Part shown: piece by piece, positions 45,897 to 54,963 of the stretch
How positions within the stretch are numbered: the stretch's first letter is position 1
Layout of the letters: each line of letters opens with the position of its first letter
NCBI GenBank assembly: GCA_020026335.1
Contig: JAHHQO010000009.1
Location: 35,286-99,285, forward strand
Direction of reading: 5' to 3'
DNA from: Alistipes sp.
Lineage (GTDB): Bacteria > Bacteroidota > Bacteroidia > Bacteroidales > Rikenellaceae
Length of the DNA stretch: 64,000 nt
Notes under the pieces: model-generated
Told to the model about the DNA's origin: nothing
Databases searched by the model: none
The model's input: the letters and a program-made list of their open reading frames with translations, nothing else
Position numbers and translations under genes: made by a program

Positions 45897-48578
45897 TTAC
45901 ATCTGGAAGTTGGCAGGATTTGCGAAGTCGAACTCATCGCTGAGGGGCTTCATATCCATGTACTCGAACTGGCCGTCAGCAACCAACTTGAAGCGGAATG
46001 CGTGGGTTGCGCTCTTGACAGTTCTGCCAATGTAAATCTTGATGTTGAAGGTGTAGATGGTCTCGATACCGTCAATCATCTTGACATCGGCGTGCTTGGT
46101 GTTGACTGCAATCTGCATCAACTCTGCAAACTGATGCTCAATCTTCTCGTAGAATGCTGCGTGTGCGGCAGCCTTCTCCTCTGCTGAACCCTCCTTATAT
46201 TTCTCGAATGCGGAGATATCCTCACCGGCCTTCTGCCATGCGGTGATGGTCTTACCGATACGCCAGTCGAGGTTGTGCTTGTAAATCGAGCAACCACCAT
46301 ATCTCTCGGTCTCGATCTTACCGTTGTAGTCCTCCTTGTACTGGGGCTTGTTCTTCACGATGTAGTCGATACACATGTTGAAATACTCGTCGGCGAGATC
46401 CTCAGCCTCCTGAGTACCCAACTCGATGACCATGCTGGGGTCAAATACCCACTTGCCGTCCTTCTTGTTGAAGGGAGCCGAGTTCTCGACCTTGTCACCA
46501 CTCTGGTTAGCCCACTCGGTACCGTTGTAAGTGTAAACATCGGCACGCAACGAAGTCTCCTTGTTTGCATAGAAGTGATAACCTACGGTGATGGTGAAAT
46601 CGGGCTGTGCATAGGGGTACTTCAGTGTGAGGAAGGTGGGAATATAGGTCTCGGGCTTGAACGAGGTGCTGAAGTTAGCGTGCGATGAACCCATCTGCTC
46701 GTAGTCAGCGGGATTAACCATGATAACCTCGTCATCTGCCTGCCATGCCGAACCGTTGAACTTGTAAGCTGCGAAGCGAGAAGTGGTCACTGCTGCTGCA
46801 CGAGTCGAGAAGAGCGCCAGCGATGCTGCCGAAGCCTCCTTGATGTCGAGAACAACGGTGTTGATGAACTTACCACCCGAAACTCCGGTGAGGTAACCTG
46901 TAACCACTACGTTCTTCTGATCCATGTCTGCGGGAATGAGACCCTCTGCCATATCCTTGAGGCTGCCCTGTGCGGTAACGGCATCATCGACCATCACATT
47001 GTAGTAATGACCCGAGATAACCAGCTTACCGGTGTAGGTAGCATAGAGACAAGCCGAATTCTCGATGTAAGCATCGAGGTCGGCACCTGTCAATGCGCGG
47101 GGAGCTGCAGGCTTGAACGACATGTCGGCAGTGTTGAGTTTGGTGACATTAGCCTTGTCAATCTTGTTGACCTTGTGGTAGTCGTCAATCTCACCCTCTA
47201 CGCTGACAACATCACCGACCTTCAAAGAAGCGTCGAACGATGCGGGACGAACGTAGATGTTGCCGGTGCAGTCGTTGAGTACATAGATATTACCGGATAC
47301 GGCTGCCAACTGACCCTGTACCTTCACCATTGTGGCATCGGCTGCTGCCATTGCCTCGGCAACGGTCGATACATTCTCGGCAGCTGCACCGTCGATGCTC
47401 AGCACGTCGGTAACCATCATGTTGATGTACGAAACTTGGCCGTCACGACCGCTGTAAGAGTAAACGTAAGCCTTGACCTTGAGGGTCTTGTTGTTCAGTG
47501 TCTCATTGACGAGACCGAGGTTGGCGAAAGGAATGCTGCCCTTAATCGAAGAGCCTTCAACCTCGAAGTTGTGGTACTTGCCCGAGAAGGTGTACTTACC
47601 GGTCAGCTCTGCATACTTCACTGTGGGGGTCGAACCGTAGTTCTGGAACTCCTCACCTGTCATTGCAACGGCTGCGGGAGCCTTGAAATTGGCGTTCTTC
47701 TCTACGAATGCAATTTCGGCGTTCGAGAACTGCAAGCCGCCGCGCTCGCCGACAGTACCTGCAACGGTGATGACATCACCCACTGCATAGCTTGCCGAAG
47801 CACCGAGGAATACGAAGACACGGTCCTTGTCGGTATCGCCGTCAGCGATAACCATACCGCCGTTGTTGCATGCCAAAACGGTAGCTTTGACAGTGACATC
47901 CTGACCCACGCTCAACTTGTTGATGGGGGTGTAAGCCGAAGGAGTCTCACCTCCGCCGTTGCCCTCGCCTTCGCCACCGCCGATGGCAGGCTCCTGCTCC
48001 GAGAACTTGTACGAAGCAATCACATAGTCACCCTCCTGTGCGCTGGCCTGGGTGTTCTTCAGAATTTCGGGAATAAAACGCTCTGCGGGCTTGGCTGGAG
48101 TGAAGTAAGCGGCCGAAATTCCGTCCTCTGCCCATGCCTTCTCGTAGTCGGCATTGGCGAGCTTATACTCCTTGGCACCCGATACACCGGTTACGGTCTC
48201 GGGATACTCCGTGCGCAACGAGTTGTAGGTGATAACCACCGACGAACCGTTGGAGAGGTGGTAAGCGAAATCCTCCTGCAGGAAGGCGGGAAGATAATCC
48301 TTGGCCAAAATCTTGTCGGAGAAAGCCTTGTCCGAAGCTACTCGCTTCAACTCGTCGGAGAGGTTGTTGTTCTCGGCGAGTTTCTTGTTGATGCGATTGT
48401 TGGCAATCTTGGCGTATTCCTCATCGGTCAGGGTGTGCTTGAATGTCTGTACATCGGCAAACTCCATGTCGGGGTTGTAACCGTCAAAGTGCTCGCTGTT
48501 GTATTCATCAACTTCACACGCTGTAATAAAAGCCATGGGGACAAGCGCCAGAAGATACTTTAATATATGCTTATTCAT
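45897..48578 (-). CDS. 893-aa surface lipoprotein with an internally duplicated OB-like/DUF5689-like module; partner of the upstream TonB-dependent transporter
   Basis: FITAC lipobox. Two ~190-aa repeats: V.VKATVLA..VITVAGTV..YAELTGKYTFSGKYHNFEV and MVKVQGQLAAV..VVSVEGEI..YATYTGKLVISGHYYNVMV. No SusD-like TPR features. Confidence 0.8.
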   Translation of the reverse strand: MNKHILKYLLALVPMAFITACEVDEYNSEHFDGYNPDMEFADVQTFKHTLTDEEYAKIANNRINKKLAENNNLSDELKRVASDKAFSDKILAKDYLPAFLQEDFAYHLSNGSSVVITYNSLRTEYPETVTGVSGAKEYKLANADYEKAWAEDGISAAYFTPAKPAERFIPEILKNTQASAQEGDYVIASYKFSEQEPAIGGGEGEGNGGGETPSAYTPINKLSVGQDVTVKATVLACNNGGMVIADGDTDKDRVFVFLGASASYAVGDVITVAGTVGERGGLQFSNAEIAFVEKNANFKAPAAVAMTGEEFQNYGSTPTVKYAELTGKYTFSGKYHNFEVEGSSIKGSIPFANLGLVNETLNNKTLKVKAYVYSYSGRDGQVSYINMMVTDVLSIDGAAAENVSTVAEAMAAADATMVKVQGQLAAVSGNIYVLNDCTGNIYVRPASFDASLKVGDVVSVEGEIDDYHKVNKIDKANVTKLNTADMSFKPAAPRALTGADLDAYIENSACLYATYTGKLVISGHYYNVMVDDAVTAQGSLKDMAEGLIPADMDQKNVVVTGYLTGVSGGKFINTVVLDIKEASAASLALFSTRAAAVTTSRFAAYKFNGSAWQADDEVIMVNPADYEQMGSSHANFSTSFKPETYIPTFLTLKYPYAQPDFTITVGYHFYANKETSLRADVYTYNGTEWANQSGDKVENSAPFNKKDGKWVFDPSMVIELGTQEAEDLADEYFNMCIDYIVKNKPQYKEDYNGKIETERYGGCSIYKHNLDWRIGKTITAWQKAGEDISAFEKYKEGSAEEKAAAHAAFYEKIEHQFAELMQIAVNTKHADVKMIDGIETIYTFNIKIYIGRTVKSATHAFRFKLVADGQFEYMDMKPLSDEFDFANPANFQM

Positions 48579-48589
48579 GGTTGTTGCAA

Positions 48590-51304
48590 TTAGAAGTTAA
48601 TTTTAAATCTTACAGTGTAAGTACGGCCGAATGCGTAGAACACGTTGCTGATGTTCTGCCATGTGCTGTTCAGGTCGGTCATGTTGGTTGCATCCATGAT
48701 GTAGTGGTAATCATATACGTTGTTGATGTTACCGTAGAGTGTAGCACGTATGTTACCAATCTTGAATGCGTAGCTGGCCGAGAAGTCCAACTGGTGACCC
48801 CAGGGCAACTTGTAAGGCTGGTTGACAACGATGGTCTTGTTAGCCTCGAGTCGGGGAAGACGATAATCGGTGTAGTTGTTGGCATAGACGTTCCAGTCTG
48901 CGCTGAAACGGAAACCCTTCATGGGGCGAACCGTAACACCGAGAGCCGAGGTAATCTGTGCCGAACCACCGACCTTGATGCCCTTCTGCTTCAACTCAAC
49001 CCAACCATGGTCCTCGCCCATGATTTCGCTGGCTACGCCGACGATGTTGCCCTTGTTGTCTACCTTTGCGGGCTGACCCTCCGAGTCATAGATATAACCC
49101 TTCGAGTTGCTGTCCCACTGCCAGTCGCCGAGAGAGAGCATACCGGTGATGTCCAACCAACGGGTGGGGGTGTAACGGAAGTCCATCTCGATACCCATGT
49201 GGCGTGCATCCACACCCGACAGGTTGACGGTACCGTAGTTGCCGTTATCCATGTTGAAGGTCTTGACAACGGCCTTATCCATCCACATGGTGTAGTAACC
49301 GTTGAGATTCAATACGAAGTTCGAAGTCTTGAAACCGTAACCCAACTCAACCGAAGCAACGTGCTCGTTGATGGGGTTGGGGTTGGTCTTGTGGTTGTTC
49401 GAGCAGCTCAGGAAGACACCGTTCTCGAGGAAGGGGGCACGGCTGATGTAACCGGTGTTGAAGAAGATGTTGTTCTTCTCGTTGATGTTGTAGTTCATAC
49501 CTGCCTTGACAACACCACCCAGGTAGTTTTTGTGCTCCGACTCTGCGTGAGCGGCATCGTAGTACATACGGTCGTAACGCCAGTAACCGGTGTTCGAGAT
49601 AGAACCCGATACGAAAGCGGTCAAATCCTTGTGTGACCACTCCAACTGTGCGAAGACACCCTCCGAGTGAATGTGGCTGTCGTAGTCACGATAAATCTTA
49701 TCGCCTACGGTCAGGTGCTGGTACTTCCAGTTGGGGTCGGCAGCAGCTGCGTTGTTCAGCGGGTTGACATTCTTACGGTTCTTGTTATCCATGTAGTACT
49801 GACCGTCGTAGAGGTCGATAATCTCGTTGTTGTGCTCACCGATGTAGTAACGAACATCGACACCGGCAGACAACTCAATCGACTTGGAAATCTGATTGGT
49901 GTAAGTCGAGAGCAAACCGTACCACATGTGGCTGTTTGACGACTTGGCCATAATCATCTTCGAACCTCTGTCGCTCTGGGCGTTCAGCTCCTGAATGGCA
50001 GCGTAGTTGAATGTACCGTCGGGATTACGATATTTCCAGTTCAGAGTACCGTCCTGTGCAGTCGAGAACCAGTCGTAACGCAAGTCGGCAGAACCGTCCT
50101 TGATACCGTCACCCGAGTAACCGCCACCACGACCGATAGACATGTACAATGCAGTAGAGAGTGACGACTTCTCGTCAATCTGCCATTGGTGGTTCAACGA
50201 AATCTGAGGCTTGTGATACTCGTTGAAGTTGGTGGTGCGTACACGACCGTACTTGTCGCGACCATAGTTGGGGTTGTAGCGATACTTCATCTTCTCGCCC
50301 ACGATGTGCCCCATCTTGGTGTAGTCGTCGATAGTCAGACCGTTCGAACGCTGTGCGTGCTTCTGAGGAGCACCGAAAGCGGTCAGTGACAACTGGTGAT
50401 GAACGTTGATACGCTTCGAGATGTTTACAAACCAGTTGTAACCCTCGAATTCGGTACCCTGGATGTAACCGTCTCCCCAACGCTTTGCGCCGAGGATAGA
50501 CAATGCCCAACCCTTCTCGCTCAGACCAGTCGAGAGGCTGAATGAAAGATTGTAGGCGTTGTCGTTACCCACACCGAAAGAGAAGGTACCGCCGCGCTTT
50601 GCATCGATGCTGTTGGTTACGACATTAATCGAACCACCGACCGAAGGCGAAGCCACCTTCTGGGCACCCATACCACGCTGAGTCTGCATCGAACGAGTCA
50701 CATCGGAAAGACCCGACCAGTTCGACCAGTAAACCTTACCGTTCTCCATACCGTTGACGGGCACACCGTTAATCATCACAGCCACGTTTTCGGGTTTGAA
50801 ACCACGCATGTTGATTTTGGAGTCACCATAACCACCACCGCTCTTGGTTACATACACACCGGGAGTCGATTTAAGAATCTCGGGGAACTCCTGACCACCG
50901 AGTTTGTAGCTGATGTGCTCTGCATTGACAGTTGAGAGCGCAACGGGAGTCTTACGCTGCACGGCGATAGACTGAGTGATGACGACATCCTGCAATGCCA
51001 CGGCATCGGGATCGAGCTGGATAGTACCCAGCGAGGTCTTCGAGCCTTTCAACTGCTTGCTTACCGAAACGTAACCAATATAGTTGATTTGAATCTCTTT
51101 GGCATCGGTCTTCAGTGTAAAGTTACCGTCGATGTCGGTACTGGTACCCTGCGAAGTTCCGGGGACGATGATGGAGGCGCCGATAAGCGGTTCGCCGTTC
51201 TCATCAACAATCTTACCCGAGATGAGGCTCTGTGCAAAAGCCGTTGTCGCACAGAGGGCCGTCAGGGATGCAGTCATGAGGAAATGTAGTAAATGTTTCT
51301 TCAT
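48590..51304 (-). CDS. TonB-dependent receptor with N-terminal carboxypeptidase-regulatory-like domain
   Basis: Signal peptide. SGKIVDENGEPLIGASI (CarboxypepD_reg). Plug motif INMRGF. C-terminal ..RFKINF. Confidence 0.9.
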   Translation of the reverse strand: MKKHLLHFLMTASLTALCATTAFAQSLISGKIVDENGEPLIGASIIVPGTSQGTSTDIDGNFTLKTDAKEIQINYIGYVSVSKQLKGSKTSLGTIQLDPDAVALQDVVITQSIAVQRKTPVALSTVNAEHISYKLGGQEFPEILKSTPGVYVTKSGGGYGDSKINMRGFKPENVAVMINGVPVNGMENGKVYWSNWSGLSDVTRSMQTQRGMGAQKVASPSVGGSINVVTNSIDAKRGGTFSFGVGNDNAYNLSFSLSTGLSEKGWALSILGAKRWGDGYIQGTEFEGYNWFVNISKRINVHHQLSLTAFGAPQKHAQRSNGLTIDDYTKMGHIVGEKMKYRYNPNYGRDKYGRVRTTNFNEYHKPQISLNHQWQIDEKSSLSTALYMSIGRGGGYSGDGIKDGSADLRYDWFSTAQDGTLNWKYRNPDGTFNYAAIQELNAQSDRGSKMIMAKSSNSHMWYGLLSTYTNQISKSIELSAGVDVRYYIGEHNNEIIDLYDGQYYMDNKNRKNVNPLNNAAAADPNWKYQHLTVGDKIYRDYDSHIHSEGVFAQLEWSHKDLTAFVSGSISNTGYWRYDRMYYDAAHAESEHKNYLGGVVKAGMNYNINEKNNIFFNTGYISRAPFLENGVFLSCSNNHKTNPNPINEHVASVELGYGFKTSNFVLNLNGYYTMWMDKAVVKTFNMDNGNYGTVNLSGVDARHMGIEMDFRYTPTRWLDITGMLSLGDWQWDSNSKGYIYDSEGQPAKVDNKGNIVGVASEIMGEDHGWVELKQKGIKVGGSAQITSALGVTVRPMKGFRFSADWNVYANNYTDYRLPRLEANKTIVVNQPYKLPWGHQLDFSASYAFKIGNIRATLYGNINNVYDYHYIMDATNMTDLNSTWQNISNVFYAFGRTYTVRFKINF

Positions 51305-51915
51305 ACTTTTGATAATTAATAAATTTGTTGATTAGGTTTTTCTTGAATGTTTCTTTTCTCTGTCGCTTGAATTATTTTTATATTGTTTATACTCTATGAA
51401 ATGTCTTGGTAGTTTTTCTTAAAATTTACAAATTGAGTGATAAATTTTAAAATAAATTCTTGTTTCTGGAGGTGGTTTTTAATAGCCTTTACCCCTGAAA
51501 AAACACCTTACAAATATACGCCAAATATTCCATGCGTGCAACTAAAAGTGCTCAAACATAGGGCATGAACATATATTTATAAAGCTTTTTTCACGTTTTT
51601 TTCAGATAATCGCACTTCTGCTTTCTAAGGGTTTTCTATCTCGGAAAGAAAACCTCAGCACCAAGAATATTTTGTAATTTTTTAATTATTTTTTTGGTGA
51701 CTCTGTCATGGTTTTCTGTAACAGGTGTGAAATATGGTTGATGTGTGATAAAAACGTGGGGATATAATCAAGATAGTGGCACCGGGGTGGCTTTCCTTCG
51801 CCAGATTTTGTGATAGCAAATGTATTATTATAATATTTTAAAAACTATCAGGCGTGTGACCCGAAACCGACTAATTCGGTGAACCATTTGACTAATAACC
51901 CGATAGCCAATTTTT

Positions 51916-51925
51916 AGGGGTGGAA
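51916..51925 (+). repeat. direct repeat copy 1 AGGGGTGGAA
   Basis: Identical 10-mer, 65 nt upstream of copy 2, inside an otherwise AT-rich ORF-free region. Confidence 0.6.
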
Positions 51926-51980
51926 ATGCCTGTTGTGCGTGTTGTAGGAGCGATGGAAGACAGATTTCATGGTTCGCGGC

Positions 51981-51990
51981 AGGGGTGGAA
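51981..51990 (+). repeat. direct repeat copy 2 AGGGGTGGAA
   Basis: Identical to 51916-51925. Related GG(G/A)GGTGG cores occur at 51468-51475, 51784-51790 and 52070-52078. Confidence 0.6.
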
Positions 51991-52174
51991 GGATATAGTA
52001 TTTAATAAATTTTAAAAACTTAAGCTGTTTGAATTGCCCGACAGCAATAAACGGCTTCTGTTTTTAATCGGGAGGTGGCGTAGGGCGGATTTCCTTTTAG
52101 GATAGGGTAGAACGCGCTCGTAGGAGAAAAGACAAGACAGAAGCGCGGATTGGAAAGGGATAAAAACAATCATA

Positions 52175-52212
52175 TAAAAAAGAGGACCCGATTCGCAAAT
52201 CAAGTCCTCTTT
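52175..52212 (-). terminator. rho-independent terminator of the cvfB-methyltransferase operon
   Basis: AAGAGGAC / GTCCTCTT stem. The plus-strand A-run 52175-52181 gives a T-run on the minus strand. Confidence 0.65.
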
Positions 52213-52229
52213 TTTCGTTTTGTAACTTC

Positions 52230-52997
52230 TTACGCCTTGTGCACCACGTAGAACAAATCGAAGCAATTATCTGCCACGGGAGCGAGAAAATAGTCGTCCA
52301 TCTTGATGGAGGTGGTCAGCTCGGTGGCCTGACTCAACAACTTGCGGCGATTGATGCGGTTGAGTATGTCGTAGGGCAGTTGCAGCAGGCAGCGGGGCAG
52401 ACGGTGCTGGAGGTCAAAGATGTCGAAGCGGGTGATGCGGCGCACACCCTCGCGGTTCTTCTCGTAGTATTCCATGATTTTCTCGTTGCCGAAGACACCC
52501 GATTTCTCTATCTTGGTAAAGCTGGCCGAGAGTAACTGCTCCAGCTCATCGGCGGTATATTCTCTCACGTGCCACGGATTGCGTGTCAGTGACATGGGGG
52601 CGTTGGGTGTGGTGACGATAAAGCGGCCGCCGGGGCGGAGTACACGCTCTATTTCGCGTACAAATTCGGCATCGCGGCGTATGTGCTCAATCACTTGGAA
52701 GGAGATGACACAATCGAAGCTCTCCGAGGGGAAGGGTAGCGGAGGTACGGTGGCCTGTCGGAAGGTCACGTGGGGAACCTGTGTCAGTTTCGGTGAGGGG
52801 GCGTGTTTGTCGATGGTGACAAAATGGGAGGCATGGGGTGCGATGACCTCTATGCCGTAACCCGACCCCGTGCCGATTTCCAGCACATTACCCGATATGA
52901 GTTGTGCTGCCGTGTGATAGGCCAAAAGTGAACGCTGGAACACAAAGTTGTCCGATGCTTCCACCGATACTCGCTCTGCGGTCTTTATCGTAGCCAT
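52230..52997 (-). CDS. class I SAM-dependent methyltransferase
   Basis: VLEIGTGSGYG (motif I). The start overlaps the stop of the upstream gene by 1 nt. Confidence 0.85.
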   Translation of the reverse strand: MATIKTAERVSVEASDNFVFQRSLLAYHTAAQLISGNVLEIGTGSGYGIEVIAPHASHFVTIDKHAPSPKLTQVPHVTFRQATVPPLPFPSESFDCVISFQVIEHIRRDAEFVREIERVLRPGGRFIVTTPNAPMSLTRNPWHVREYTADELEQLLSASFTKIEKSGVFGNEKIMEYYEKNREGVRRITRFDIFDLQHRLPRCLLQLPYDILNRINRRKLLSQATELTTSIKMDDYFLAPVADNCFDLFYVVHKA

Positions 52998-53833
52998 TAC
53001 TTGCGGAGTTTAATACCTTTGTCGGTCATTTCAATCTCACCGCGCTTCAAGAGCATACCCACCGAACGCTTGAACACCTTTTTACTCATGTGGGTAAGAC
53101 GGGTCACCTCCTCGGGTGATGAGTTGTCGTTGAGCGGCAGAAAACCCTCGTTGGCCTTCAGCAGGTCGGACAGTACGACTGCCGAGTCCTTCACCTGTGC
53201 GTAACCCTCCTGCTGGAGACTTACGTCGATGCGGTTGTCCTCGGTGATGCGGCGGATGTAGCCTTTCAGCTTCTCGCCGATTTCCACCTTGCGGAACAGC
53301 TGGTTGCGGTAAATCATACCCCAGTGGCGGTTGTTGATGATGACGCGGTAGCCGATGGGGCTCTCCGATGCCACCAGAATATCCACCTCCTGACGGGGTG
53401 CAACGGTAATCAGGTCGTTGTTGATGAAGCTCTTGAGCTTGTTGGTGGCCACACATCGACCCGTGATGCTGTCCTCATAGAGATAGACGATGTAGCTGTG
53501 GCCGATAAGGATACCGCCCTGCTGGTTGCGGTTGGGGAGGAAGAGGTCCTTGCCGTGGAGTCCCCAGTCGAGGAATGCTCCGTGGAGGGTCTTGTCCACC
53601 ACCTTGAGGAATCCGGCCTCGTTGGCACGCAACAGAGGAGTCTCGGTGGTAGCCACCAGACGGTCCTCGGAGTCGTGATAGACGAATACCTCTTTCTCGT
53701 CACCTACCTGGTCGGTGAGTGATACATATCTGTTGGGCAGCAGCACCTCGTTCTGCTCATCGTCTTCGAGATAGAGACCGTAGTCTGAAATGCGGCTGAC
53801 TTTAAGTCGTTGTGTATGTCCTGCTCTAAGCAT
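52997..53833 (-). CDS. S1-like RNA-binding protein, CvfB/YitL family
   Basis: Repeated S1-like segments (G.FL.D....E.LLP) plus a C-terminal winged-helix tail. Confidence 0.8.
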   Translation of the reverse strand: MLRAGHTQRLKVSRISDYGLYLEDDEQNEVLLPNRYVSLTDQVGDEKEVFVYHDSEDRLVATTETPLLRANEAGFLKVVDKTLHGAFLDWGLHGKDLFLPNRNQQGGILIGHSYIVYLYEDSITGRCVATNKLKSFINNDLITVAPRQEVDILVASESPIGYRVIINNRHWGMIYRNQLFRKVEIGEKLKGYIRRITEDNRIDVSLQQEGYAQVKDSAVVLSDLLKANEGFLPLNDNSSPEEVTRLTHMSKKVFKRSVGMLLKRGEIEMTDKGIKLRK

Positions 53834-53857
53834 ATAAATTGATTATGAAATGGTCTG

Positions 53858-53865
53858 CAAAAGTA
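53858..53865 (-). promoter_or_regulatory. -7 box (TACTTTTG on minus strand) for the cvfB operon
   Basis: Plus-strand CAAAAGTA, 24 nt upstream of ATG 53833. Confidence 0.5.
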
Positions 53866-54121
53866 CGTTTATTTTCGTTGTATTGCAACTTTCCGCACCA
53901 AGTTTCCGTGCCACGAGGGAGTGATTTCTCCTTCCGTGACCCCATTTGGGGAAATTCTTTGTGCGGGGCTTCTTCCTTCGGGTGATTGGCAAGGAAAATG
54001 AAAATCACCACCATGGGGCGTAAAATGTGAAAATTTGTCCTTTCCGGGCTAATATTTTCGGGAATATATAACCGCTGTATCGGAATATTTTTTACCTTCG
54101 CAGACTAATGTATTTTTAACT

Positions 54122-54883
54122 ATGAAAATCAAGGTTGCAATTTGTCAAGTTGACATGGAATGGGAGAAGACCTCGTCGAACATCGAGCGTCTCGGTTCTA
54201 TTGTGGCAGGAGCAGAAGCCGACATTGTCGTCCTTCCGGAGATGTTTGCTACGGGTTTCAAGCTCAAGCCCTCGATCGTGGCAGAAACAGAAGATGGTTT
54301 GGTGCTCAGCTCCATGAAACGTTGGGCACAGGTATATCATAAAGCAGTAGTGGGTAGCGTGGTCATCTCGGAAGACGGTGTCTACCGCAACCGAATGTAT
54401 TTCGTGAAGCCCTCGGGCGAGGTGGTTCACTACGACAAACACCACCTGTTCCGTCCCGGCGGTGAAGCCCGTGACTACAAGCCGGGTCGCGAGCGTGTGA
54501 TTGTCGAGTATATGGGTTGGAGATTCCTCCTCCTGGTGTGCTACGATATGCGCTTCCCCGTGTGGAGTCGTAACCGTGGCGACTATGATGCCATCATTTG
54601 CAGTGCTTCGTGGGCGGACGACCGCCGTGATGTGTGGTGTACACTGCTGCGTGCGCGTGCCATCGAGAACCAGTGCTATCTGGCAGGCGTAAACCGTGTG
54701 GGCAAGGACCCCGACGGCAACTATGTCGGCGAGTCGGCCATCATCGATTTCGAGGGTCACACCATTGCCGATGCCGGCACGGTGGAGTGTACCCGTGTGG
54801 CAGAGCTGGACAGCGACTTGCAGGAGGACTACAAACAGCGTTTCCCTGCATGGATGGATGCCGACAAATTCACATTGGAATAG
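54122..54883 (+). CDS. nitrilase-superfamily amidohydrolase (omega-amidase YafV-like)
   Basis: VVLPEMF (catalytic Glu), K.HLF, and LVCYD.RFP (catalytic Cys). Confidence 0.85.
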   Translation: MKIKVAICQVDMEWEKTSSNIERLGSIVAGAEADIVVLPEMFATGFKLKPSIVAETEDGLVLSSMKRWAQVYHKAVVGSVVISEDGVYRNRMYFVKPSGEVVHYDKHHLFRPGGEARDYKPGRERVIVEYMGWRFLLLVCYDMRFPVWSRNRGDYDAIICSASWADDRRDVWCTLLRARAIENQCYLAGVNRVGKDPDGNYVGESAIIDFEGHTIADAGTVECTRVAELDSDLQEDYKQRFPAWMDADKFTLE

Positions 54884-54963
54884 ACTTTTTTTGAAGAAAT
54901 AAATCAGAGGAGGGGCTCATGCAGGAGAACCCCTCTTCTTGAAAATTGCGTTGTATCAGGTAA

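Noticed and set aside
51305-52229. A known structured RNA (RNase P RNA, tmRNA, SRP RNA, cobalamin or TPP riboswitch) in the long intergenic region.
   Set aside because: I looked by eye on both strands for hallmark strings: GGAAAGTCC and ACAGAA..CGGCTTA for RNase P, tmRNA ends, the SRP GGAA loop, and B12-box or thi-box cores. I found only weak partial matches (e.g. ACAGAAGCCGTTTAT). This is not enough to call any of them, and a covariance-model scan is needed.
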